DNA from: an uncultured Deinococcales bacterium
GTDB taxonomy: Bacteria; Deinococcota; Deinococci; Deinococcales; JAAFIG01
Length of the DNA stretch: 19,873 nucleotides
Direction of reading: 5' to 3'
NCBI GenBank assembly: GCA_964247135.1
Contig: CAXTTL010000073.1
Location: 1 to 19,873 of the forward strand
How positions within the stretch are numbered: the stretch's first letter is position 1; each line of letters starts with the position of its first letter. Shown here piece by piece: positions 7,668 through 16,181 of this stretch. The translations under genes and the position numbers were made by a program. The notes under the pieces were generated by a model that made no database searches, had not been told where the DNA came from, and worked only from the letters and a program-made list of their open reading frames with translations.

Positions 7668-8720
7668 ATGAACCCAACTGCCCAAAGCACCCCCAATTCG
7701 ATTGATGCCGCAACCAACCAAGAACTGACCGACCGCCGCACCATGAAAGCCGTCGTGCGCGACCGATACGGCTCGGCTGAAAACTTGCAAATCAGAAACC
7801 TCGAGGTTCCCCAGATCAACGACGATCAAGTGCTCGTCCAGGTTCGTGCCGCAGGACTCGACCGTGGCGCTTGGCACCTCATGACGGGGCGACCATACCT
7901 GCTCCGAATCGCGGGATACGGCTTTTTAAAGCCCAAAAACCCCGTGCTGGGCATGGACTTGGCGGGTCTGGTGCAGGCGGTCGGCAAGAATGTCAGGACC
8001 TTGCGACCAGGAGATCGGGTCTTCGGCATCGGCAACGGCTCGTATGCCGAGTACACCAGCGCTCGAGCCGACAAGCTCGCCCTGATGCCCGCCAACACCT
8101 CCTTCGAGCAGGCAGCCGTCGTACCCGTCTCCGCCTTGACCGCCCTGCAAGCCCTGCGCGATCACGGGCGCGTCCAGTCTGGAGAGCGCGTGCTGATCGT
8201 CGGGGCATCGGGCGGCGTTGGCAGTTTCGCGGTGCAAATCGCCAAGGCATTGGGCGCAACCGTCACCGGTGTTTGCAGCACCGCGAAGCTAAACTTGGTG
8301 CAATCCCTTGGCGCCGACGAGGTCATCGATTACACGCTCAGCGACTTGGGCAAATTCCAGGCGCGTTACGACCTGATCATCGACACTGGCGGCAACCGAC
8401 CGCTGTCACAACTGCGTCGGCTGTTGACTGACACTGGAAGGCTGGTGATCGTCGGGGCTGAGGGGGGCAATCAATTTTTTGGCGCGATGGGTCGCGTGCT
8501 GCAAGCCATGCTGCTCGCGCCATTTGTCCGTCAGCGCCTGGTGACTTTCATCTGCAACGAAAACAACCAAGACCTCGAGACGCTCGCCAAGATGATCGAA
8601 CAGGGCGCACTGACACCAGCGATTGACAGAATCTGTCCACTCTCAGCCCTTCCAGACGCGATGCGTGACCTCGAGGCGGGGCGGGTGCGCGGCAAGGTCG
8701 CCGTTGCGGTTTGGGCATAA
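7668..8720 (+). CDS. NAD(P)-dependent MDR-superfamily oxidoreductase (zinc-independent, quinone-oxidoreductase-like)
   Basis: MKAVVRDRYGS, LGMDLAGLV, GSYAEY, VLIVGASGGVGSFAVQIAK (nucleotide binding), LGADEVIDY, GRVRGKVAV. No catalytic Zn Cys. RBS GAGAGG. Confidence 0.92.
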   Translation: MNPTAQSTPNSIDAATNQELTDRRTMKAVVRDRYGSAENLQIRNLEVPQINDDQVLVQVRAAGLDRGAWHLMTGRPYLLRIAGYGFLKPKNPVLGMDLAGLVQAVGKNVRTLRPGDRVFGIGNGSYAEYTSARADKLALMPANTSFEQAAVVPVSALTALQALRDHGRVQSGERVLIVGASGGVGSFAVQIAKALGATVTGVCSTAKLNLVQSLGADEVIDYTLSDLGKFQARYDLIIDTGGNRPLSQLRRLLTDTGRLVIVGAEGGNQFFGAMGRVLQAMLLAPFVRQRLVTFICNENNQDLETLAKMIEQGALTPAIDRICPLSALPDAMRDLEAGRVRGKVAVAVWA

Positions 8721-8824
8721 TTTGGTCTTAAAACCAAAGTACAAACAATAATGCTTTCAAACAAAAATTCGACGCCATTTACCGGTATTTCACCTCACAG
8801 CGCCGCATTCCAGGACGAGGCTGC

Positions 8825-8859
8825 ACCCGAGTCATGGGCAGGCAATGACTCGGGTTTTT
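8825..8859 (+). terminator. intrinsic terminator between convergent genes
   Basis: ACCCGAGTCAT-9nt-ATGACTCGGGT perfect 11-bp stem followed by TTTT. Confidence 0.7.
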
Positions 8860-8871
8860 ATCACAGGACAA

Positions 8872-9294
8872 CTACGCCGTTCTCAGCGATTCAGCGTGCT
8901 TCTTAAAATGCTCGAGGATCGCTTGCCAACCATTTTTTTGCAATTCCGAACTGTTTTGATCTTCGGCTTCAAAATCTTCGGTGATCTTGGTCTGCTCGCC
9001 ATTGATTCGCTCGAATCTGACGCTGACGGTTCGATCACCAATGGTGTAATCAATTTGCTCGAGCACAACGACTTTGTTGTACGTGCCCGCAAAATCAAAG
9101 CCCATGCTGCCGTCTTTGGCTTGCATTCTGTACGAGAACGCGCCGCCAACGCGCAAGTCGTTGCTGGCGGTGGGGCACTCCCAAGTGTCGGAAGCAAAAT
9201 TCCATTGGGTGATGTGTTCGGGTTGGGTGAAGGCTCGCCAAACGAGGTCAATCGGGGCGTTAACGGTGCTCGAGACGGTTAAAATCGTGGACAT
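8872..9294 (-). CDS. SRPBCC / AHSA1 (CalC-Aha1-like) family protein
   Basis: VNAPIDLVWRAFTQPEHITQWNFASDTWECP...DLRVGGAFSYRMQAKDGSMGFDFAGTY...QKNGWQAILEHFKKH; RBS GGGAG. Confidence 0.92.
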   Translation of the reverse strand: MSTILTVSSTVNAPIDLVWRAFTQPEHITQWNFASDTWECPTASNDLRVGGAFSYRMQAKDGSMGFDFAGTYNKVVVLEQIDYTIGDRTVSVRFERINGEQTKITEDFEAEDQNSSELQKNGWQAILEHFKKHAESLRTA

Positions 9295-9309
9295 GATTCT
9301 CCCAAAAAC

Positions 9310-9732
9310 TTATTGAACGGCGCAGTTGAGCATCCATTGAATACCGTATCGGTCGGTTAAAGACCCAAAAACCGCACCCCAGACCATTTTCTCGAGCGGC
9401 ATTCCGATTTTGCCGCCTTCGGACAGCGCCGCAAAAAGCCGTTCGGTTTCTTCTAAAGTGTCCGGCTCGAGGTTGATGTGCACGTTGTTGCCCTGCGCCA
9501 AACCAAAACCCATCGATTCTGGCGCGTCTGTGCCCATCAGGATATGACCGCCCACAATCGGCAGGGCAACGTTCATGACCAGGTTTTGGTCGGCTTCACT
9601 CAGGTCTGGTGCGCCGCTGGCGCTCATGCGGGTGATTGGTGCCAGAAATTCGGTGCCGAAAACGCTTTTATAAAACAAGAATGCCTCTTCGGTGTTGCGC
9701 TCAAAGTTTAGGTAGGTGCTGGTTCTTGACAT
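9310..9732 (-). CDS. VOC family protein (PhnB / 3-demethylubiquinone-9 3-methyltransferase-like)
   Basis: YLNFERNTEEAFLFYKSVFG...LMGTD...LFAALSEGGKIGMPLEKMVWGAVFGSLTDRYGIQWM; RBS GGAGG. Confidence 0.92.
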   Translation of the reverse strand: MSRTSTYLNFERNTEEAFLFYKSVFGTEFLAPITRMSASGAPDLSEADQNLVMNVALPIVGGHILMGTDAPESMGFGLAQGNNVHINLEPDTLEETERLFAALSEGGKIGMPLEKMVWGAVFGSLTDRYGIQWMLNCAVQ

Positions 9733-9753
9733 GCTTTTAAATCCTCCGTCAAA

Positions 9754-9781
9754 ATTATACGGCGTTTTGTCAGCGTGTCAT
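9754..9781 (-). promoter_or_regulatory. sigma70-type promoter for the VOC-SRPBCC operon
   Basis: Minus strand ATGACA-16nt-TATAAT, ending about 20 nt before the ATG. Contains a TGACA-N3-TGACA repeat. Confidence 0.55.
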
Positions 9782-9820
9782 ATGCAACGTTTCTGTCTCA
9801 AATTGCAGACTCGAGTCTTC

Positions 9821-9858
9821 AAACAAAAAACAAGAACACCAATTTAAATTGGTGTTCT
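9821..9858 (-). terminator. intrinsic terminator of the multidomain GH8 gene
   Basis: Perfect 26-bp palindrome AGAACACCAATTTAAATTGGTGTTCT at 9833-9858, followed on the minus strand by TGTTTTTTGTTT. Confidence 0.8.
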
Positions 9859-9898
9859 CGAGAATCGTTTGGCTTTAAGGTCTAAAAGACTTCGTGGT

Positions 9899-12304
9899 TT
9901 AAGGTGTGAATCGAAGCCAATTGATTTTGGCTGCACCCGTTACCGTGACATAAACATCCTGCAATCCTGTGGGTTTGGTCGGCAGAAAACAGGTGTTCGA
10001 TTTGGTTTCCCAAGTGCCGCCACCTGCGGGGTAGACAGTGCAAAATACCGTGGCGGTTTGGCTGCCAATGCGAATTTGCAGGTTCGTGCCAAAACCTGGC
10101 GTGTTGGTGCGAAATTCGACCGAACTTGCACCCGTCGTTCCAAAGTTCACAGCGTTCAAAACAATGTAGCTGCTCGAGCTTGCCAAATTCGCCACGCTGC
10201 CGCCGTCGCCTGCTTCAATGGTCGCACCTGATTGCGCGTTAAAACTTTCTGCCTCGAGCACACTGTAGGCATCGCGGTTGCTGGTGTTCACGCTCGAGGT
10301 GGTGGCGCTGGTTTCGTTGCTGTAACCCGAATCGCCCGTGGCGTTGGTGGCGCGAACGCGGTAGGTGTATGTGGTGCTGGCGGTCAAGGCAGAATTATTG
10401 TAGGCGGTGACGCCTGCACCCACCGTGGCAATTTGGGCATACGCGCCCGTACCCGTTTTGCGCTCGAGCTTAAACCCGATTTCGTTGCTACTGTTGTCCA
10501 CCCAAGTCAAATTGATTTGGCTCGAGGATGCCGCACTGCCGGTCAAACTCGAGGGCGCGGCGGGAATGGTATTTGTTACTGTACCTGGAGCGTAAATTTT
10601 AAAATTGCCCGTGATGTGCAACATGCCCATAAACGCCAGCAAGTCGTTGTAATAACGGTACGCGCCAGTCTCGAGGTTTGAGTTCCAGAAGGCTTCAACA
10701 AATTTCCAAGCCACGGCATTGTTGCTCGAGAGTGTGCTTGCGGCGTTCATGGCAACCAATCCCACGGAGTGGTCGGTGTTGAATGGCGTGCTGTCCGTCC
10801 ACTTAAAATTGTTGCCGTAAGTGTTGACCCCTTGCGCATCAAAAAAATTCAGAATGCGGTTGGACAGCGTGACTGCATTGTTGCCGCTCGAGGGATTCTT
10901 TGCCCACCAGGCGTTGTCTACCGCCCAGTTCATGGCGGTGCGCCAAGCATCGAACCTGAAGTCTTGATGGTCGCCGCAACAGTGTGGTGCGCCGTTAAAA
11001 TCGGCATAATCTGGGGCTAAACCGTTGGCGTTGGTGGTCTGCGAAAAGTACAGTCGGCTGCGAGTAGCGGCATCTTTCCAGAATTGGCGGTCTTGGGTTT
11101 GTTGTCCATTGTATCCCGTTGCCCACAATCCCCAGAGTTCGTAAAAGGCTGGCAAATGATACGACGGGTCGGAATAACTGGCGCTGAGGTTGTCTGGACT
11201 GAACACTGCCATCTTGTTGGTTGGGTCAAACAAATTGTGATAGCTGTTGACCACGCCGCCGTTCTGGTCTTCTTTGTGCAACATGGCGTTCAAAATAGTG
11301 TTGGCTTGAGCCGTGTAATTGTAAATACCCGTGCCATTGCCCCAACGGTTGCCCGCAAAAAACAAAGCGGTCGTATAATATTCTTCGCCGTCTGGGGCAG
11401 GGTTGGGATCAATTACGCTGTGGTCTGGTCGCACGCGCCAAGCAAAATGTCCAGCGCGGTATCCGGTGGTGTTGAGCATGTAACTTTGCGACCAATTCCA
11501 GATTGCGTCAAACACGGCTTTTTGGTTCATCTGCACGGCGATCATCATGCCGTAAGACATGCCCTCGCTGCGCACGTCCATGTCTGTACCCGCGCTTTGC
11601 CCTTCGTTGTAAATATAACCCAGTGCGCCATTGGCATTGCTACCATCGGGGTAATACACGCGTTTGGTGTTGTCGGTGCTGACAAACAATTGATCCCAAT
11701 AGGCACTAAGTTTTGCTGTGATCTGCGCATCGGTGATGCTCGAGTTCCATTCTTTGACCATGTTGCGGTAGACACCGCTGGCATACGCGCCCGTGCTCGA
11801 GGGTGTGGGTGGTGGCGGTGGTGGCGGTGTTGTCCCCTCGTAAGCGATTTCGTACCAGTCGATGAACGTGTCGTTGCTGCCGTTGTCCGTCTCGAGCTTC
11901 AGCCGAATTTCTTTGCTGCCAGAGGTGGCAAGGTCAAAACTTTGGCTGGCACTGGCGAATGCCGTGCCTATAAAATTCAGGGCTGCCACTTTTGCCCCAG
12001 CCACGTAAACGCTGATGCCTGCGGCGGAAGCGTTGCTCGAAGCGCCGCGAACCGTGACTGTAAAGCGTCCCGTTTGCGCGAAAGTGTACGAATTAAAAGT
12101 TGCATCGTTGTTGCAGTAATACGAGACGGTGGTTGCGCCAATGCCCGTGCAACCGCCACCGTTGGTCATGGTTTCGGCTTCTTGATGCGTTAATAAAGTT
12201 GCTCGAGTTTGAACGGTGATGCTCGAGTTTTGGGTTTGCTGTCCGCAACCGACCAATACGAGTGTGCCGATTGCCATGCCGAGAATCCAGGTTCGTAGCT
12301 TCAT
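9899..12304 (-). CDS. multidomain GH8 glycoside hydrolase lipoprotein (CBM36-like / Pro linker / GH8 / FN3 / CBM6-like), probable xylanase
   Basis: Lipobox LVGC; CBM36-like EAETM...VRGASSN...TDNGSNDTFIDWYEI; PPPPPPPTP linker; GH8 motifs DVRSEGMSYGM, PAPDGEEY, DPSYHLPAFY, FRFDAWR and YRYY; FN3 (PAAPSSL...LTWVDNS...YTYRVRATN); CBM6-like RDAYSVLEAESF...VNFG. RBS AGGAGG. Confidence 0.93.
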   Translation of the reverse strand: MKLRTWILGMAIGTLVLVGCGQQTQNSSITVQTRATLLTHQEAETMTNGGGCTGIGATTVSYYCNNDATFNSYTFAQTGRFTVTVRGASSNASAAGISVYVAGAKVAALNFIGTAFASASQSFDLATSGSKEIRLKLETDNGSNDTFIDWYEIAYEGTTPPPPPPPTPSSTGAYASGVYRNMVKEWNSSITDAQITAKLSAYWDQLFVSTDNTKRVYYPDGSNANGALGYIYNEGQSAGTDMDVRSEGMSYGMMIAVQMNQKAVFDAIWNWSQSYMLNTTGYRAGHFAWRVRPDHSVIDPNPAPDGEEYYTTALFFAGNRWGNGTGIYNYTAQANTILNAMLHKEDQNGGVVNSYHNLFDPTNKMAVFSPDNLSASYSDPSYHLPAFYELWGLWATGYNGQQTQDRQFWKDAATRSRLYFSQTTNANGLAPDYADFNGAPHCCGDHQDFRFDAWRTAMNWAVDNAWWAKNPSSGNNAVTLSNRILNFFDAQGVNTYGNNFKWTDSTPFNTDHSVGLVAMNAASTLSSNNAVAWKFVEAFWNSNLETGAYRYYNDLLAFMGMLHITGNFKIYAPGTVTNTIPAAPSSLTGSAASSSQINLTWVDNSSNEIGFKLERKTGTGAYAQIATVGAGVTAYNNSALTASTTYTYRVRATNATGDSGYSNETSATTSSVNTSNRDAYSVLEAESFNAQSGATIEAGDGGSVANLASSSSYIVLNAVNFGTTGASSVEFRTNTPGFGTNLQIRIGSQTATVFCTVYPAGGGTWETKSNTCFLPTKPTGLQDVYVTVTGAAKINWLRFTP

Positions 12305-12527
12305 AAAACCTCCTGATGTTTTGTGGCTCGAGATTGAAATGCTCTTTGAGTAACGGATTTAATTTGATTGAATACTCGAGTTTTGACAATGGTTGACCAC
12401 AACCTCAAAACTTGAAGCTCGAGATTCTTGTTGGTTGTTCGTGCGTTAAATGATTTGAAATAAGAATAATTTTGCTCTTGGAATATATGAAAACCTTGCA
12501 ATACCCATGCCTCGAGTTTTAAAGAAC

Positions 12528-13850
12528 CTAAATGTTCTTGGGGGCGTAAATCTTGTACGCTCCCGCATTGTTCAGCAAGCCAAAAAAGTACAGCAAACCA
12601 GAGTAATAACGGTATTTGCCCGTTGGAATTTGGGCTTCCCACAACGCTTGGCTAAACTTGTAAGCTCGAGCATTGGTGGCGGCAAGGCTGGCGGTGGCGA
12701 GCATTCCAATGTGCCCAGCGTCGTGATAATTGTCTTGTGCGACGCCAGTCAGGGTGTAGACGTTGTGAAAGCTGTTGATGCCCTCTTTGTCCATGAAGGT
12801 TTGAATACGATCTGCCCAGGTTTTCTCGAGGTCTTGGGCTGCAAACCAGGCGTAATCCACAGCCCAGTTCATGGCGACCCGCCAGGCATCGTAGGCATAA
12901 TTGTTGTTGCCGTCGTTGGGGTTAAGTTGTTTGGGTGTGCCATCAAAATTGCTGTAATTTGGGCTTAAACCAGTGCTTGGGTGAACCGCTTTGCCAAACA
13001 ATTCGTTGCGGCTGGTGCTGGCGATGCTTGCCCAACGCGCACGGTCTGATTGTTGGTCGGTATAACCAGCCGCAAACCTCGAGAACAAATCGTAAAACGC
13101 GGCGACATGATAGCTCGGGTCGGTAAAACCATTCAGGTTGGCGTTGGTGCTGGGCACAAAAACGACTTGGTTGGCAGTTCCAAACATGTTGCTGATACCG
13201 CCGACAATGCCGCCGTTCATGTCTTCTTTATGCAGCATCACATTTAAAATGTTATTGGCTTGGGCTTGATAATCGAAAATGCCAGCGCCATTGCCCCAAC
13301 GACCTGCCGCAAAAAACAATGACATTGCAAAGTATTCCTCGCCGTCGGGGGCGGCATTGTTGTCTAGTTTTGTGCCCTCAGGGCTGCAATGCCAAGCAAA
13401 ATAACCTTGGCTCGAGCCACTGGCGTGCTGCATGTTGGTTTTTGCCCAGTTCCAGATGGCGTTAAACTGAGTTTGCTTGTCCATCTGCACCGAGATCATC
13501 ATGCCGTAAGACATGCCTTCGGTACGCACGTCGTTGTCGGCTGGGTTTAAAATATAGGCGAGAGCGCCGTTGCTGTTGCTGCCTGCTGGGTAATACAGGC
13601 GCTGGTTGTCGTCGGTGCTCTCAAAAAATTGATTCCAGGTATCAACAAGTCTGGTTTGGATTTGGGCTTGGCTCAAACTCGAGTTCGACTCTTGAAACAA
13701 ATTGCGGTACACGCCCGTGCTGAATGCGCCTTGGCTTGGTGGTATCGGCTCGAGCACGCTGGGCTTGGAATTGACGGCACAGGCGCTCAAACTCGAGATC
13801 ATGATTGCCCCGATCAGTTGGAAAAAGTGGTTTGAAGCTTTGAATTTCAT
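12528..13850 (-). CDS. single-domain GH8 glycoside hydrolase lipoprotein (xylanase / oligoxylanase clade)
   Basis: Lipobox LSAC; DVRTEGMSYGM, AAPDGEEY, DPSYHVAAFY, YAYDAWR and KYRYY; RBS GGGAG. Confidence 0.93.
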   Translation of the reverse strand: MKFKASNHFFQLIGAIMISSLSACAVNSKPSVLEPIPPSQGAFSTGVYRNLFQESNSSLSQAQIQTRLVDTWNQFFESTDDNQRLYYPAGSNSNGALAYILNPADNDVRTEGMSYGMMISVQMDKQTQFNAIWNWAKTNMQHASGSSQGYFAWHCSPEGTKLDNNAAPDGEEYFAMSLFFAAGRWGNGAGIFDYQAQANNILNVMLHKEDMNGGIVGGISNMFGTANQVVFVPSTNANLNGFTDPSYHVAAFYDLFSRFAAGYTDQQSDRARWASIASTSRNELFGKAVHPSTGLSPNYSNFDGTPKQLNPNDGNNNYAYDAWRVAMNWAVDYAWFAAQDLEKTWADRIQTFMDKEGINSFHNVYTLTGVAQDNYHDAGHIGMLATASLAATNARAYKFSQALWEAQIPTGKYRYYSGLLYFFGLLNNAGAYKIYAPKNI

Positions 13851-13877
13851 GTTTCACTCCCGCAATACAACTTTAAT

Positions 13878-13897
13878 TTTTGAAAACGTTGTCAAAA
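13878..13897. promoter_or_regulatory. LacI-type operator upstream of the GH8 genes
   Basis: TTTTGAAAACGTTGTCAAAA, a near-perfect palindrome with central CG, 28 nt upstream of the GH8 start. Confidence 0.8.
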
Positions 13898-14120
13898 TCT
13901 TAGGTGGTCAAATTCACAACGCGAAAGACTCGGATAGAGGGTTTGACTTTAAAGGCTCGAATTGAGATTGCCTGAGACCCAACACATTTACGTGTCTATA
14001 TAGACGCATATACGATGAATTCCGAACGAAATCGGTTCTTCAAGCCATTTGATTTTGGTGCTGTCGCCCAATATACATACCAAAAGGCTCAAGTGCAAGC
14101 CCCGATCTTCTCGAGAAGTC

Positions 14121-14136
14121 TTGACAACGATTTCAA
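14121..14136. promoter_or_regulatory. LacI-type operator upstream of the first LacI gene (degenerate)
   Basis: TTGACAACGATTTCAA fits the TTGAMARCGNTKTCAA consensus of the other sites. Confidence 0.6.
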
Positions 14137-14207
14137 GATTCGTTAAACTCTCCCCAGCCAAAAAAACAACATCCTGCTTCGCAATGCTTTGTGCTCTAAA
14201 CTGACGT

Positions 14208-15227
14208 ATGTCTGAAAGGTCTTTCGTGTCCAATCCTGTCACCCTTACCCAAGTTGCTCGAGCCGCTGAGGTTTCACCCAGCACCGTCTCGAGAATTTTG
14301 AACGGTACGGCAGTTGTCAACGAAGCCAAACGACGGCGCGTTCAAGAGGTGATTGCACGTCTTGGCTACAGCCCAAATGTCATGGCGCAAAGCCTCAAAA
14401 CTGGGCAGAGCATGAGTATTGGCGTATTAACCCAAGAACTCGATAGTTTGTTTTACGGCAAAACCCTCAAAGGCATCGAGATCGGTTTGTCCGAAAGCAG
14501 CTACCACCCGCTTTTTGTTGGTGGTCACTGGCAAGAACGCGACGAACTCGCGTCACTCGAGGCTTTAAGTCGCCGTCGGGTCGATGCCCTGATTGTGCTC
14601 GGTGGTCTGACCAGCGATGCGCAACTCTTAACACTTTCAAAGAACCTGCCTGTGGTGGCGGTCAGCCGAGTGATTCCAGGACTCGAGGCGCAGTGCATCA
14701 GCATCGACAACAAACACGGCGCGTTCGAGGCGACCAAGCACCTGCTCGAGTTGGGGCATCGGCGCATTGCGCATCTGACTGGTCCTTTAAGCCGTCAAGA
14801 TGCCCGAGAGCGACTTGAAGGTTACAAGTTGGCGTTGGCTCAGGCTGGGGTTTCTTTTGATGAAAGCTTGTTGTGCGAGGGCGATTACAACGAACAATCT
14901 GGGGTACTGGCAATGGATGCCCTCTTGGCTCGAGGTTCGCGGTTTACAGCGGTTTTTGCCGCCAATGACGGCATGGCACACGGCGCAAGACTGACCTTGT
15001 TCAGACGTGGGATTCGCGTTCCAGAAGACATTTCACTGATTGGTTTTGATGACCTTCCAACCGCACGTTTTTCGATTCCGCCGCTCACCACCGTGCGTCA
15101 ACCAATGTTCGAGATGGGACAGGCGGCGGCACAACTGATTTTGATGTTGCTCGAGGGTCGTGAGCCAAAATTGCCAAAGCTTTCCACCGAATTGATCGTC
15201 CGCGAGTCCACAACTTTACCCCGCTAA
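14208..15227 (+). CDS. LacI family transcriptional regulator
   Basis: TLTQVARAAEVSPSTVSRILNG HTH, LGYSPNVMAQSL hinge, LGHRRIA, RVPEDISLIGFDD, PPLTTVRQP, LIVRES. TAAACT lies 5 nt before the ATG (leaderless-like). Confidence 0.95.
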   Translation: MSERSFVSNPVTLTQVARAAEVSPSTVSRILNGTAVVNEAKRRRVQEVIARLGYSPNVMAQSLKTGQSMSIGVLTQELDSLFYGKTLKGIEIGLSESSYHPLFVGGHWQERDELASLEALSRRRVDALIVLGGLTSDAQLLTLSKNLPVVAVSRVIPGLEAQCISIDNKHGAFEATKHLLELGHRRIAHLTGPLSRQDARERLEGYKLALAQAGVSFDESLLCEGDYNEQSGVLAMDALLARGSRFTAVFAANDGMAHGARLTLFRRGIRVPEDISLIGFDDLPTARFSIPPLTTVRQPMFEMGQAAAQLILMLLEGREPKLPKLSTELIVRESTTLPR

Positions 15228-15266
15228 ACAAGCTGTTTTTTGAAGTGATCAATATTTTTTTGCAAT

Positions 15267-15290
15267 AGTTTTGAAAACGTTTTCAAAACT
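15267..15290. promoter_or_regulatory. LacI-type operator upstream of the beta-barrel/lipoprotein operon
   Basis: Perfect 24-bp palindrome AGTTTTGAAAACGTTTTCAAAACT. Confidence 0.85.
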
Positions 15291-15394
15291 GTGTTGGACA
15301 AGGAGAACACTACAAGAATTTGACTCAAAACCATTGACCCTCGAGAAAGCCAAATCATCAAGCGTCAAAAGAACCAATTCAAACAAGGAGCACC

Positions 15395-16171
15395 ATGAAA
15401 TTAAAAATCAGCCTACTCGTAAGTATCATCGTCCTGATCGGCTTGTCCACGTCAGGTTATGCCCAACGCATCGACGGTTTTGCCCAAGTTGGCATCTCGA
15501 AGGGTTACAGCATTTTTGGAGCCTTACAAATCGCCTTTGATCTGGTCAAAGACGTGACTTATGGCACACGCATCGAACTGGCATTTGTCGATGGAAACAA
15601 CAACTCAAACGACAACCCGAAACTCGAGCTTCAACCCTACATCTCTTACGACACACCCATTGCCAGCGATGCCAGCTATTACGTCTCTGGCGGCGTGACC
15701 TTGCGCACTTATGCTCGGGTGTTCTCGAAGATCAGCAACAATACCGTGGGCGTGGATTACGACCTGTCATTGCGTTTACAACCGTCCATCAACGCCAACA
15801 TTGCCATTGCTCCAGGCTGGCGGGCTTATGGCGGCACGGGCGCAGGCTTGCAATTTGGTTTGCTGCCCAACCCAGGCATTCTGTACTCGTTCATTTACGT
15901 TTACGGCTTTGCCAAAGGTGACCTCTCGAGCTTGCTGCCCAATTTGGAGGCGGTCATTGGTGGCGGCGCGAGCAGCAGCTTTGACAGCAATTTCAAACTC
16001 AACGACCCCGCCATTGGCGCGTCTGTTTACGGGGCACTCGAGTATCAACTCGGAGGCGGTTTGGCACTGCGCTTTGAAACTGGTTATTCGACGGGCAACA
16101 GCAGCGTCAGTTATGACACCGTGGAATCAAACGGTTTTTACGTGTTCTTGCGCGGATCATTCCGCATTTAA
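15395..16171 (+). CDS. secreted hypothetical protein, predicted outer-membrane beta-barrel
   Basis: RBS AAGGAG; SPI signal peptide ending GYA-Q; many alternating amphipathic strands rich in G/Y/F (YGTRIELAF, LELQPYISY, WRAYGGTGAGLQF, ASVYGALEYQL, LALRFETGY); terminal strand FYVFLRGSFRI. Confidence 0.75.
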   Translation: MKLKISLLVSIIVLIGLSTSGYAQRIDGFAQVGISKGYSIFGALQIAFDLVKDVTYGTRIELAFVDGNNNSNDNPKLELQPYISYDTPIASDASYYVSGGVTLRTYARVFSKISNNTVGVDYDLSLRLQPSINANIAIAPGWRAYGGTGAGLQFGLLPNPGILYSFIYVYGFAKGDLSSLLPNLEAVIGGGASSSFDSNFKLNDPAIGASVYGALEYQLGGGLALRFETGYSTGNSSVSYDTVESNGFYVFLRGSFRI

Positions 16172-16181
16172 AGGAGTATTT

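Noticed and set aside
11806-11830. GGTGGC/GGT short tandem repeat
   Set aside because: It encodes the poly-Pro linker of the GH8 enzyme and is not a contingency locus or array.
11084-12193. 369-aa plus-strand ORF
   Set aside because: It is the antisense shadow of the GH8 gene, with no motifs and a V/H/R-rich composition typical of reverse frames.
12381-12400. TTTTGACAATGGTTGACC as a sixth LacI operator between the GH8 genes
   Set aside because: Only one half-site matches and the central CG is missing. It is possible but unsupported.
9899-13850. GH8 genes as bcsZ of a cellulose-synthesis operon
   Set aside because: No bcsA/B/C is present, the motifs match the xylanase/Rex clade, and the context is catabolic (CBMs, LacI, ABC importer).
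13988-14207. 113-aa minus ORF and the GTCTATATAGAC palindrome (13994-14005) in the divergent intergenic region
   Set aside because: The ORF overlaps lacI antisense with no coding signal. The 12-bp palindrome occurs once and cannot be assigned a function.
15711-16181. N-terminal extension of the 458-aa ORF 15711..17087
   Set aside because: It overlaps the beta-barrel gene out of frame and reads as junk. The real start is ATG 16182, with AAGGAG and a lipoprotein signal.
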